From positions 1 through 37,389 of the forward strand of contig JBDHKN010000045.1 of the NCBI GenBank assembly GCA_039586365.1: 37,389 nt of DNA, given 5' to 3'. Origin of the DNA: Gemmatimonadota bacterium. GTDB lineage: Bacteria; Gemmatimonadota; Gemmatimonadetes; Gemmatimonadales; GWC2-71-9. Below are positions 19,090 through 28,548 of the stretch, piece after piece (the stretch's first letter is position 1; every line of letters starts with the position of its first letter). A program made the position numbers and the translations under genes. The notes beneath the pieces are model-generated. The model had not been told where the DNA came from and did no database searches. It worked only from the letters and a program-made list of their open reading frames with translations.

Positions 19090-20097
19090 CTACGAGCCGA
19101 AGATCTTCTCCCCGTCGAACCGCCCGTTCTCAATGAAGACGTTGGATGTGGCGTACCCGGCTTTGATGCTGCCAGCCATATATATCCCTGGCACGTTCGT
19201 CTGCAGGGTGGCTGGATCTATCGTGGGGACTCCAGATCCGGGATCGATGTCAATTCCTAGCTTCTTGAACAGGTCGATGTCGGGGTGAAACCCGATCAGA
19301 GCGTAAATGCGGTCAGCCGGCAGGGTCTCTTCGATCCCGTCAGCTGCGCCTATCACCACACCATTCTCCTCTATGCGCCGCACTGTCGTGCCCAGCCGAG
19401 CGATTATCTCTCCTGCTTTGATGCGATTCTCAATATCGGGCTTGATCCAGTACTTGACGCTCTGGGAGAACTGGGTACCGCGATACACCAGCGACGTACG
19501 GGTCCCTGCCCGGAACAAGAGTAGCGCAGCTTCGATAGCGGAGTTCTTGCCGCCAATCACGACGACCCGGAGTCCGGAGCATCGGTGCGCCTCGTCGAAA
19601 TAGTGACGTACGTGCGGGAGATCTTCGCCTGGCACCCCTAGTCGATTCGGGTTGTCATAGTAGCCGGTGGCGAGCACCAGTCGCGTGACAAGGATCTCCC
19701 CGCGCGAGCCCTGCGGTACCTCTGCCGGTCCATCCGATCTGTGGCGTCGCTGGTGGTTGACGTCCAATTCGCAGAGGATGCCGCCGTCCACCATCCGGGT
19801 CGCTATGAGCTTGGTGTAGGTGCGGACGCGCAGTCCCTCGCTCCTGACAACACCCCGGTAGTACATGAGAGCTTCTTCCCGGGTTGGCTTCTCGGCGGAG
19901 CATACGAAGGGGTGCCCTCCAATCTCGAGAAGCTCCGGGGTAGTGAAGAACGTCATCCCGATGGGATAGTGGACTATAGAGTTGATGATCGCACCGGCGT
20001 CGATCACCAGGGGGTCTATTCCCCTACGTTTGGCGGAGATGGCGCATGCCAGGCCGATTGGCCCGGCTCCAACGATTAGAGTGTCTTCGTGTTTCAT
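19090..20097 (-). CDS. ypdA: YpdA-family FAD/NADPH disulfide reductase (putative bacillithiol disulfide reductase)
   Basis: GAGPIG, MTFFTTPELLEIG, KPTREEAL, ATGYYD, GGKNSA, VKYWIKPDIENRI, FIENGR; no CxxC. Confidence 0.9.
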   Translation of the reverse strand: MKHEDTLIVGAGPIGLACAISAKRRGIDPLVIDAGAIINSIVHYPIGMTFFTTPELLEIGGHPFVCSAEKPTREEALMYYRGVVRSEGLRVRTYTKLIATRMVDGGILCELDVNHQRRHRSDGPAEVPQGSRGEILVTRLVLATGYYDNPNRLGVPGEDLPHVRHYFDEAHRCSGLRVVVIGGKNSAIEAALLLFRAGTRTSLVYRGTQFSQSVKYWIKPDIENRIKAGEIIARLGTTVRRIEENGVVIGAADGIEETLPADRIYALIGFHPDIDLFKKLGIDIDPGSGVPTIDPATLQTNVPGIYMAGSIKAGYATSNVFIENGRFDGEKIFGS

Positions 20098-20294
20098 TAG
20101 ACAATGGTCTGAGAGTCTGGTCAAGAACGGACGACCAAAGTGCCGTCTGTGCTCGCATCAAGAATAGCGTGCCCACCGGGCTTTCTCTATTCCCCAGTAT
20201 CTGAGATTGGCTCAGCTGAAAACGAGCAGCCGTCTCCCACTAGCGATAGATCGTTAACCCCATCATCTTGTGGGCTAACTTGAAAGGAGCGTTC

Positions 20295-20546
20295 ATGCCG
20301 GACGACGAAATCGTGGTCGGAAGTTTCCCGAAGAACAACAGGGAGGAGGTGCGGGTATCACTCAGCAAGTTCAAAGGCTACGACCTTGTGGGTGTGCGGC
20401 AGTGGTATCGTAACGAGAACGACGAACCGCGCCCGTCTAAGAGTGGGATTACTATCAGGGTCGATCTCCTGCCCGAATTGTTGGAATTGATTGAGAAAGC
20501 GCGCGATATCGCGTTGGAAAAGGGTATCCTCGAGCTAGAGGAGTAG
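20295..20546 (+). CDS. PC4/p15 (YdbC-like) ssDNA-binding protein
   Basis: KNNREEVRVSLSKFKGYDLVGVRQWY...PSKSGITI; AAAGGAG RBS. Confidence 0.88.
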   Translation: MPDDEIVVGSFPKNNREEVRVSLSKFKGYDLVGVRQWYRNENDEPRPSKSGITIRVDLLPELLELIEKARDIALEKGILELEE

Positions 20547-20594
20547 GACCGGGGCTCTCGTTGCCTAAGGTGGACATAGTCAGTCGAGGAGGGT

Positions 20595-20879
20595 TTGGAG
20601 TTGGAGAGCTACCAGATACAGTCCCTCTTGGAGATGTTGATAATCTCTGGATCCGTACTCGGCGGGCTGGCGATTGCAGCCCTGACATGGGTCAAGACAC
20701 GGGGTCATATCGGAGGCCGGAAGGATGTCACTAGGCTGACCGAGTCGGTGGATGGTTTGCGTGATAGTGTTGAAGCTATGCGAGCCGAACTGGGCGACAT
20801 GTCAGATAGACTCGAGTTCGCCGAGAGGATCCTTGGCCGCATCTCCGACATTGGTGGGGCTGAAAGACTGATCAAATGA
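20595..20879 (+). CDS. Small single-TM coiled-coil membrane protein
   Basis: GAGGAGG RBS before TTG; one hydrophobic helix, then heptad repeat ending DRLEFAERIL. Confidence 0.7.
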   Translation: MELESYQIQSLLEMLIISGSVLGGLAIAALTWVKTRGHIGGRKDVTRLTESVDGLRDSVEAMRAELGDMSDRLEFAERILGRISDIGGAERLIK

Positions 20880-21024
20880 GCGGTGAGTGGTGAGCGGGGC
20901 TCAACGGGCCCGATGCCGCGCGCCACTCGCTGCTTACCGCAGGGCCGTGCGGCCCACCTGACTCAGCATGACGACATCGACTCAATACTTGCCTGCTAGG
21001 CAGCGTTGCGGCCACGCATTCCAG

Positions 21025-21060
21025 AAAAGGCGCCCCCCAGCTGTGCTGGCCGGGAGGCGC
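21025..21060 (-). terminator. Rho-independent terminator of the lipoprotein gene
   Basis: Minus strand GCGCCTCCCGGC...GCTGGGGGGCGC stem followed by CTTTT. Confidence 0.65.
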
Positions 21061-21086
21061 GACGCTACTCGGCTGGGACCCTATCC

Positions 21087-22160
21087 CTACGGACCGCTAA
21101 ACAGAAACTCCACCGGCTGGAATAGCTTATCGAATGTGTCCATTACGTCCTCAACCAGCTCCATGAACCTATGCAGAGCCTGTCTCTCCGCCTGAGTCAG
21201 CGGCTCACCGTCGGCCCCCAACACCTCAACGCTGGATGCGGTCACCGTGATGGTAGCGAATAGCTGCTCATCGGCATAGACCTCGAGCGTACCCTCGTCG
21301 TTCGCGAGTGAGCCCGTGACGAATACTCCATGCCCATCATGAATGAATGTCATCTCGATCGTGGCGGAGTTGTTCTCCTCTCCGTCACCCTCGACGTGCA
21401 GCGTGATCTCGATGCTCGAGTCGTTTACGCCGATATCGTAGTCAATGTCGATGGTAGCACCGGCGAACGTGAACTCGAACGCAACGGAGAGCGTGAATGT
21501 TGCTACGTTCTCGCCGTCCGTGATGCTCCCGGCAATGGTGAACGTGGGAGACGTGATGGGGCCGGAGGTGGAGACAACGTAGTCCAGATAAGTGACGTCT
21601 CCGGACACGACGCGCAGTCGAATGGCAGCTTCATTCTCAGTGCTCTCGTCCAACAGGTCGGCGTAGCCGATCGAATCGAGGGGTACGGCGATCTCCTTTG
21701 TGATCGGGTTAACCGTGTAGAGGATGAAACGAACACCGGTGCCCGGGCCATCGGTCGCTTCCGGGTCGACCACATACCCTTCCCCCGGGACGTACACATA
21801 GGTCAAGCCCCGATATTCTTCAGGAATGAGTATCGCGGCTGGCGCGGCCCTCGTGGCCGCGATTTCTTGAGCCGCCAGCTGGGCTCGCTGCGACAGACTG
21901 ACATAGTCCGGATCCGCGGTAGCTGCCAGCAGGTTAGCAGACGCTGCCGCAGCGCCACTGCCCACCACGAACTCTGCGCCCAGCACCGAGAAGCTCTCGA
22001 ACGCTTGGGTTCCGAACGCATCGTCCACTGTCTGCAGGCTGGCCTGCGCCTGGTCCGCATCGAAGTTACCTTCGAACGGGTTGGTGGTGTCGTTGCAGGC
22101 CGACAGGGAGATGGTGAGGATTGTGCTCAATGGGAGCAAATGCTTAAGACGCAATGACAT
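21087..22160 (-). CDS. Hypothetical acidic beta-rich lipoprotein
   Basis: Lipobox LSAC after a hydrophobic stretch; GGAGG RBS; no family recognised. Confidence 0.8.
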   Translation of the reverse strand: MSLRLKHLLPLSTILTISLSACNDTTNPFEGNFDADQAQASLQTVDDAFGTQAFESFSVLGAEFVVGSGAAAASANLLAATADPDYVSLSQRAQLAAQEIAATRAAPAAILIPEEYRGLTYVYVPGEGYVVDPEATDGPGTGVRFILYTVNPITKEIAVPLDSIGYADLLDESTENEAAIRLRVVSGDVTYLDYVVSTSGPITSPTFTIAGSITDGENVATFTLSVAFEFTFAGATIDIDYDIGVNDSSIEITLHVEGDGEENNSATIEMTFIHDGHGVFVTGSLANDEGTLEVYADEQLFATITVTASSVEVLGADGEPLTQAERQALHRFMELVEDVMDTFDKLFQPVEFLFSGP

Positions 22161-22426
22161 AGCTGTTCAACCTCCAGCAAGAAGACCGGGCGCACCCGGT
22201 GTGGTCAAACGGGTTGATTCTCCGATGGCATTGAAGCTAAGAGCTGAGTGTCGGTTGCGCCGTGACCGTCAGCACGTGGGCGACGTGAGCTTGTAGACCT
22301 CCGGCTTGAAGGCACAACCGGGAGTTGGGGCGGGTCTTCTGATCGATTAGGGGGATCTGCTCGAGACTGGCGCTGGAAGGAGGAAGTCTTCCAAGCAGGC
22401 CAGACGAGCGCGGGCCAATCTCTCGG

Positions 22427-22678
22427 TTACTCGCCGAGCTTCTGCTGAGGACGCTGGGCTACGTCCTGCATACGCCGCCTAGTCTCAGCCACATCAACAC
22501 TCGCATCGGACCACGAGGGCGTTCCAAAAAGGTCCAATGGAATAGTCAACAGCGCACCCTGCTGCGTACTCCGGGGGAGCCTATTCAGCGGGACCGCTAT
22601 CGGTCGCCGATCGTCGTCCAGGAGCACAGCCACGCCCCCGTTTATTTGTTCGACAGCATAGTAGCGTCGCGGGCTCAT
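22427..22678 (-). CDS. DUF3006-like small protein
   Basis: YAVEQINGGVAVL...VPLNRLP...GALL...DVAETRRR pattern; GAGG RBS. Confidence 0.7.
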   Translation of the reverse strand: MSPRRYYAVEQINGGVAVLLDDDRRPIAVPLNRLPRSTQQGALLTIPLDLFGTPSWSDASVDVAETRRRMQDVAQRPQQKLGE

Positions 22679-23119
22679 AGCGTCATTCGCCTCATTCTAG
22701 GGTGATCGAACAGACGCCCACTACTAGAGATTCATTGCAGTCAATTATGTACTGCAAGAATCATACAGTTTTGGAGGGAGATGCCTCCCGACCGGCATCC
22801 TTCGAACGAACGCTCGATTCTATCGACAGAAAGTAGGGTTGCCGGCACTATCCCACCTCCATCTACCAGCCGTGCAGTATCTCAGGGCGGACTGCGCTGT
22901 CCCGACTGCAGGACTAGCCGGCCAAGACGGTGGGTAGATCCGACGGCGGGCAGCCACATTGGAGGATTCGCGCTACACGTGGCCTGACATTGTTGGTGCA
23001 GCGTTGTCGCTCGGCAGCCTTAAGTCCTATTTCACATCCTCTTAAAGCTCGCTCCTGCTTCTTTAGCAATGCTGGCCGTCTGGTTGGGGCCAGCACGTAC
23101 CTACAACCAGGGAGCGAAG

Positions 23120-24202
23120 ATGCGGAAACATGTCTTGCTACTCGCCGGCCTGTTTTCCTTCGCCTGCCAACAGGAAAGAGCGACCCAGGAAGAGGAAATG
23201 GCTCCTGCGGAGGAGACATCTCCAGCGGCATCACTGTTCAGTCCATTACCGAGTGCTCCACCGTTACTTCCGGAGAATCCGATTACGGCCGAGAAGGTCG
23301 TACTCGGCAAGATGCTCTTCTTTGAGCCGCGGCTATCGCGGAGTTGGCTCATCAGCTGCAACACTTGTCACAATCTGTCACTGGCAGGTGTGGACCTACT
23401 CCCCACGTCTATCGGACACGGTTGGCAGAAGGGACCAAGGAACGCTCCGACTGTGTTCAACGCGGTGTTCAATATTGCACAGTTCTGGGACGGTCGGGCA
23501 CGAGACCTGATGGAGCAGGCAATGGGTCCAGTCCAGGCTGCGGTAGAGATGAACAATACACCCGAGCGGGTCGTAGCCACCCTGAAGAGCATACCGGAGT
23601 ACGTGGATCGTTTCAGAGTCGTGTTTCCGAATGAGGAGGATCCGGTAACGTTCGAGAACATGGCCCGGGCCATCGAGGCGTTCGAGGCAAGCCTCCTGAC
23701 TCCTGACTCGCCCTTCGATCGCTACCTCCAAGGGGATCACACTGCGCTCACAGCGTTGGAACAACAGGGGCTTGAGTTGTTCACCAACAAGGGCTGCGCT
23801 GGCTGTCACGGTGGCGTAAATGTGGGTGGAACAGGGTATTTTCGGTTCGGTCTGGTGCGGGCGCCCGGCGCCGATGTTCTGCCCCCAGGAGACAAGGGGC
23901 GGTTTGCTGTCACCCAATCCGCCAGCGATGAGTATCTGTTTCGGTCACCGTCGCTCCGGAACGTCGCGCTCACGCCACCATACTTCCACTCAGGGGCGAT
24001 TTGGGATCTCAAGGAAGCAGTGCTGTTGATGGGGTCGGCTCAATTGGGTGCTCAGCTGATGGACGAAGAAGCCGAAGCCATCGTCCGGTTCCTCAGGAGC
24101 TTGACGGGAAAACAGCCACAGGTGGAATATCCAACTCTGCCGCCGCACACAGACGGGACGCCGCTCCCTGAGGTTGCCAGCACATCGGGCGGGTCGCGTT
24201 AG
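23120..24202 (+). CDS. Di-heme cytochrome c peroxidase, lipoprotein
   Basis: Two CxxCH (CNTCH, CAGCH), GKMLFFEPRLS, RNAPTVFNA, QFWDGRA, EM, PSLRNVALTPPYFHSG; lipobox SFAC. Confidence 0.95.
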   Translation: MRKHVLLLAGLFSFACQQERATQEEEMAPAEETSPAASLFSPLPSAPPLLPENPITAEKVVLGKMLFFEPRLSRSWLISCNTCHNLSLAGVDLLPTSIGHGWQKGPRNAPTVFNAVFNIAQFWDGRARDLMEQAMGPVQAAVEMNNTPERVVATLKSIPEYVDRFRVVFPNEEDPVTFENMARAIEAFEASLLTPDSPFDRYLQGDHTALTALEQQGLELFTNKGCAGCHGGVNVGGTGYFRFGLVRAPGADVLPPGDKGRFAVTQSASDEYLFRSPSLRNVALTPPYFHSGAIWDLKEAVLLMGSAQLGAQLMDEEAEAIVRFLRSLTGKQPQVEYPTLPPHTDGTPLPEVASTSGGSR

Positions 24203-24270
24203 TCAGATCTGACCGGGAACGGGGGAGAACTGGGGAGGTGCATTGTTGCCGTGCCCTTGGCTGTTCTGAC

Positions 24271-24747
24271 TCAATGGAGCGCCTGTTTCAGAGGGACGTT
24301 TCCCGTGTCCCTGAATGCTACTGTCCGCTCGCCGATTGGTGTGCTAACGGAGAGTCTAGAGTCTAGCGTGTAGTTGACGGCGCCCCGCTGGAGCAAGGCT
24401 CTCGCACCTGCTCCCACACCAGCCCACGTGAAGGTCACCGGAATCTCAACCGTAGTGTGCTGTGTCGCAGAGAGAACGATATCGCGTTCCAACGCGACGT
24501 CCCCAAAGTGTGTCTCCTCGAGATCAACAGCCGCGTTGATACCCAAGGTCCGAATCGCGTAGCCATTCGGGTTGAACACATCCAGGACCAGATTGAGCGA
24601 TCCGCCCGCCAAATCTAAGCCCGTGAGTTGGACGGACTCGAGTCGGAGGGCTGGCCGTTCGAACTGCAGGTTCTTGACGACAGCGCAGGATGCCAGTGGT
24701 GTCGCCAGCAATCCTAGCCGGACTGCAGGGATGAGTGCGCGTCTCAT
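24271..24747 (-). CDS. LEA type 2 / WHy domain lipoprotein
   Basis: Lipobox LASC; VFNPNGYAI motif. Confidence 0.85.
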   Translation of the reverse strand: MRRALIPAVRLGLLATPLASCAVVKNLQFERPALRLESVQLTGLDLAGGSLNLVLDVFNPNGYAIRTLGINAAVDLEETHFGDVALERDIVLSATQHTTVEIPVTFTWAGVGAGARALLQRGAVNYTLDSRLSVSTPIGERTVAFRDTGNVPLKQALH

Positions 24748-24880
24748 ACATGAAATCTGCGTGCGCCGACCCAGCAGAGGAAGAGGTGCAGGTTGTGGCT
24801 GCTGCAGCTAGATTCTGTCCGTCAGTGAGGGGTGGGGAGGGATGGTGACTGGGGTAGAATTGGGGCTTGGAGGCCATTGC

Positions 24881-26395
24881 GTGACAAATCCCAAGGTGGA
24901 GTTCGCCGCCGTCATGCTGGCGGTCTCTGTGCATGCCTGTGCCGGGCAGAGTTTGCAGCCAGTCGGGTCTGCAGCGACAGCGCCAGTTGCCGCGCTCCAG
25001 GCCGAGCTCGACGAGGTTCTGGCCGATCCAGCTTTTCACAACGCGAACTGGGGAGCAATGGTCCAATCGGTGGAAACCGGTGAGGTCCTGTATCGGAAGC
25101 ATGAGCGCAAGCTGTTCATGCCGGCGTCGAACATGAAGCTCATCACCGGGGCCGTTGCCTTGACTCAGCTGGGAGCATACCATCGCTTCCGGACCCGCGT
25201 CCTGGCATGTGGAGAGATCGATCAGGACGGTGTTCTACAGGGCGAGATCGTAGTGATCGGGGGTGGTGACCCGACCATCTCCGCGCGCTTTGGTGACGGC
25301 GATCCACTCCACATCTTTCGCGCGTGGAGTGACTCCTTGCGGAGCCGAGGAATACGGCGTATCGATGGCAACTTGGTGGGTGACGATGATCTCTTCGATG
25401 ACGTTCACATTGGACCGGGTTGGGCTTGGGATTACCTTGGGAGCGCGTACGCAGCCGAGATCGGCGCTCTTCTCTTCAACGAAGGTGCGTTGCGGATCAA
25501 CGTGACGCCGGGCCGCTCGCGAGATAGCAGCGCCGCCGTCTCGCTTGAGCCTCCGACTTCATTTGTCGAGCTGCGTGGCGCAGTAAGTACAGTCGGCGAC
25601 AGCACCGGTATCACCTTGGGAGTAGCGCGACCACCGTTTTCCAACCAAGCTGAAATGAAGGGCGCTATATGGATTGGCGCCGATTCGGTGACTCTGCACA
25701 TCGCGCCTCACGATCCAACGCTCTATTTCGTTACCGTGTTGCGCGAGACCCTCCAGGCACAAGGTGTGGAAGTGGTGGGAAACGCGGTTGATCGTGACAG
25801 CGTAGCAGCCGACTGTGACCCCGCAGAGACGCTGTTCGTGCACGAGTCGCAGGAACTTGCTGAGATTCTGAGGCCGCTCTTCAAGGAGAGCCAGAACCAG
25901 GTAGCAGAAATGCTGTTGCGCTACCTGGGTGTGGTCCTGACCGATACGGGTAGCGTTAATGCGGGTCGGAGTGTCGTCACACAGAGGCTCACAAACTGGG
26001 GGATTCCGGACGATTCGTACATCTACTACGACGGATCTGGCTTGTCGCGGTATAACTATCTTGCTCCGGAGGCGTTGGTGCGGTTGCTCCGCGTTATGTC
26101 GCAAACGGATGAGTTCGAAGCCTTCTATGACGCCCTGCCGATCGCGGGAGTTGACGGGACCCTGGAGAATCGAATGAGGGGAACCAAGGCGGAGGGCAAC
26201 GCGCGAGCTAAGACCGGATTCATCTCAAATGCTCGCGCGCTGTCAGGATATGTGACTACTCAGGACGGAGAACTTCTTGCCTTCAGCATAATTGCCAACA
26301 ACTTCGACACACCAGTGCGCCCGGTAGAGTATGTCCAGGATCTGGTTGTCGAGCGGTTGGCAGATTTCAAGAGGGAATTCAGGTCCAAACCGTGA
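24881..26395 (+). CDS. dacB: D-Ala-D-Ala carboxypeptidase/endopeptidase (PBP4, peptidase S13)
   Basis: PASNMK (SxxK), ESQN (SxN), AKTG, GGGDPT, DGSGLSRYN; start uncertain (24842 or 24881). Confidence 0.94.
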   Translation: MTNPKVEFAAVMLAVSVHACAGQSLQPVGSAATAPVAALQAELDEVLADPAFHNANWGAMVQSVETGEVLYRKHERKLFMPASNMKLITGAVALTQLGAYHRFRTRVLACGEIDQDGVLQGEIVVIGGGDPTISARFGDGDPLHIFRAWSDSLRSRGIRRIDGNLVGDDDLFDDVHIGPGWAWDYLGSAYAAEIGALLFNEGALRINVTPGRSRDSSAAVSLEPPTSFVELRGAVSTVGDSTGITLGVARPPFSNQAEMKGAIWIGADSVTLHIAPHDPTLYFVTVLRETLQAQGVEVVGNAVDRDSVAADCDPAETLFVHESQELAEILRPLFKESQNQVAEMLLRYLGVVLTDTGSVNAGRSVVTQRLTNWGIPDDSYIYYDGSGLSRYNYLAPEALVRLLRVMSQTDEFEAFYDALPIAGVDGTLENRMRGTKAEGNARAKTGFISNARALSGYVTTQDGELLAFSIIANNFDTPVRPVEYVQDLVVERLADFKREFRSKP

Positions 26396-26406
26396 TCCTA
26401 GGTGCA

Positions 26407-26628
26407 TCACCAGAGATGCTTATCAGTACACCCCACCTGCTCAGACGAGGTTACAGCCGGCGCCGCACGCGAGAACGGTACTCTGACCAACAGTTGTCGA
26501 ACCCTCGTAAGTTGCTGTTCCTCCGCTGGAACGAAGACCAGAGCCATGGTTAGCCGTAAGGCAACCGTTACAGGGGACAACGGTACCGTCCCAACAAGGG
26601 ATGTCATGCCCAGCAACGGGTCAGTCAT
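26407..26628 (-). pseudogene. Possible decayed N-terminal fragment of a CcmC/CcsA heme-exporter gene
   Basis: MALVFVPAEEQQLTRVRQLLVRVPFSRAA matches by eye the spacing of the CcmC pattern ALxFxPxExxQxxxxRxxxxHVPxxWxA, but His and Trp read as Arg. Confidence 0.3.
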
Positions 26629-26679
26629 GCTCGGATCGAGGCCTTGGCCACCAGAGCTATTGGAGGTTTACTTGTTGGC

Positions 26680-27084
26680 ATGAGCGACCAAGCCAAGGGA
26701 GTACCGGATCGTGGGCCCCTGCCGCAGCCCAGGGACCCGCTCGAGGCTCGTGACTACCTGAAGGCGTCGGCCTTCACGGCTCCGCTGGTGGACAGCGTCA
26801 CGTTGACCACGGAGGAGTTCACATCTGTGTGTCCCATCACGGGGCAACCGGACTTCGGCACGGTGACCATCGAGTATCGTCCCAGCCAACTGTGCATCGA
26901 ATCCCGCGCCCTGAAGTACTATCTCTGGGCCTATCGTGAAGAGGGGGCTTTCTGTGAATCGGTGGCTGCCCGGATTGCCGATGATATCGTCTACGCCATT
27001 GCTCCACAGCGTGTGGAGGTTCGCGTAACCCAAAAGGCCCGTGGCGGGATCGGTATCGTGGCCACGGCCGTGCGCCCGGCGTGA
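26680..27084 (+). CDS. queF: NADPH-dependent 7-cyano-7-deazaguanine reductase, unimodular
   Basis: [22 protein letters not shown] (QueF motif variant), RGGI; GGAGG RBS; adjacent to queC and queE. Confidence 0.9.
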   Translation: MSDQAKGVPDRGPLPQPRDPLEARDYLKASAFTAPLVDSVTLTTEEFTSVCPITGQPDFGTVTIEYRPSQLCIESRALKYYLWAYREEGAFCESVAARIADDIVYAIAPQRVEVRVTQKARGGIGIVATAVRPA

Positions 27085-27121
27085 TCATCCTCACCTGCTG
27101 TGTCCCGCCGCGAGTTGTGCC

Positions 27122-27835
27122 GTGACCGTTCGTCGTAGTGCAGTGGTGTTGTTGAGCGGGGGAGTTGACTCCAGCACAACGCTAGCGGTGGCGAGATCGG
27201 AAGGATTCCAATCGTACGCCCTTACGTTCCGTTACGGGCAGCGGCATGAATCGGAGATCGCGGCGGCGCAACGGGTCGCGAAGTCGATCGGGGTAGTCCG
27301 GCACGTCGTGCTCGACATCGATCTCAGGCAATTCGGTGGCTCGGCTCTCACGGATGCCATTGCGGTGCCGAAGTCGAGGTCCATGGATGAGATCGGGCAA
27401 GGTGTTCCGGTTAGCTACGTACCGGCACGGAACACGATATTCCTGTCGGTTGGACTAGCATGGGCGGAGGTCTTGGAAGCGAGTGGCGTGTTCATTGGGG
27501 TAAATGCCCTCGATTACAGTGGCTATCCCGATTGCCGGCCAGAGTTCATCGTCGCCTATCAGCGGATGGCCGACCTTGCTACCAAGGCTGCGGTCGAGGG
27601 AAACCGACGTATCATCATCCACACCCCACTAATAGGCCTCACTAAGAAGGAGATCATTGAGCGGGGTCACGCACTCGGCGTCGATTACGGCCTCACTAGA
27701 AGTTGTTATGATCCGGACGTAGGTGACACTGCCTGCGGTGAATGCGATGCATGTATCCTGAGACTGAGGGGATTCTCGGAGGCTGGCCTCAGCGACCCGA
27801 TCCTTTACAGATCTGCCAAGGAACACTCCCCGTGA
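27122..27835 (+). CDS. queC: 7-cyano-7-deazaguanine synthase
   Basis: [11 protein letters not shown]-loop, YGQRH, YVPARN, YPDCR, SCY...CGECDAC zinc site. Confidence 0.97.
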   Translation: MTVRRSAVVLLSGGVDSSTTLAVARSEGFQSYALTFRYGQRHESEIAAAQRVAKSIGVVRHVVLDIDLRQFGGSALTDAIAVPKSRSMDEIGQGVPVSYVPARNTIFLSVGLAWAEVLEASGVFIGVNALDYSGYPDCRPEFIVAYQRMADLATKAAVEGNRRIIIHTPLIGLTKKEIIERGHALGVDYGLTRSCYDPDVGDTACGECDACILRLRGFSEAGLSDPILYRSAKEHSP

Positions 27836-28467
27836 GCTACGCGGTGAAGACGGTCTACTACACGTTGCAGGGAGAAGGAGCAAAGGCTGGTAGGCCTGCG
27901 GTCCTGCTGCGCTTCACGGGATGCAATCTGTGGTCGGGACGGGAGCAGGAACGTGCCTCTGCCATCTGCCAGTTTTGTGACACTGACTTCGTGGGTATGG
28001 ACGGACCGGCAGGAGGATCGTATGCCACACCAGAAGACCTGGTGAGCGTCGTCGCAGCTCAGTGGCCTTCGCAATCTCGGCGTCAGCGCTACGTCGTGTG
28101 TACCGGAGGTGAGCCGCTGCTGCAGCTAGACTCGCCGTTGATTGATCGACTGCACACCCACGGGTTCGAGGTGGCGATCGAAAGCAATGGTACGATAGCG
28201 GCGCCCAGTGGAATCGACTGGATCTGTGTCAGTCCCAAGGCAGGTGCTCCCTTGGTGCAGACGAACGGAGACGAGCTGAAACTCGTTTATCCCCAGGATG
28301 GTGCTGAGCCTGAACGGTACGAACGATTCAACTTCCGGCATCTCTACCTCCAACCGATGGATGGTCCTGACCTGGTCCGCAATACCGAACTAGCTGTGCG
28401 CTATTGCATGGAGCATCCTCATTGGAGACTGAGCCTTCAGACGCACAAGCTCCTGGGCATTCCTTGA
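27832..28467 (+). CDS. queE: 7-carboxy-7-deazaguanine synthase (radical SAM, CX14CX2C type)
   Basis: TLQGEG, RFTGC-X14-[30 protein letters not shown] overlap with queC. Confidence 0.96.
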   Translation: MSYAVKTVYYTLQGEGAKAGRPAVLLRFTGCNLWSGREQERASAICQFCDTDFVGMDGPAGGSYATPEDLVSVVAAQWPSQSRRQRYVVCTGGEPLLQLDSPLIDRLHTHGFEVAIESNGTIAAPSGIDWICVSPKAGAPLVQTNGDELKLVYPQDGAEPERYERFNFRHLYLQPMDGPDLVRNTELAVRYCMEHPHWRLSLQTHKLLGIP

Positions 28468-28548
28468 ACCGAGAATCCAGCTCGGGAAGTGCTTCAACTG
28501 CGGTGCCCTTCACAAGACCCGATTTGCACTCCGAGCTCGTGTTATCAG

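Noticed and set aside
15010..20546. Prophage remnant suggested by dut and the PC4-like gene
   Set aside because: No integrase, structural or replication genes and no obvious compositional shift; dut-rmuC look chromosomal.
22781..22987. 68-aa ORF with CPDC and a GGAGGG RBS-like sequence
   Set aside because: Single CxxC, low-complexity composition and no recognisable family; unsupported, though not excluded.
26396..26679. preQ1 riboswitch upstream of queF
   Set aside because: No short stem with a downstream A-rich tail matching preQ1-I is visible; other classes cannot be excluded without Infernal.
26680..28467. 7-deazaguanine DNA-modification (dpd) defence island
   Set aside because: No dpdA/tgtA5, helicase, nuclease or mobility genes; the flanks are housekeeping.
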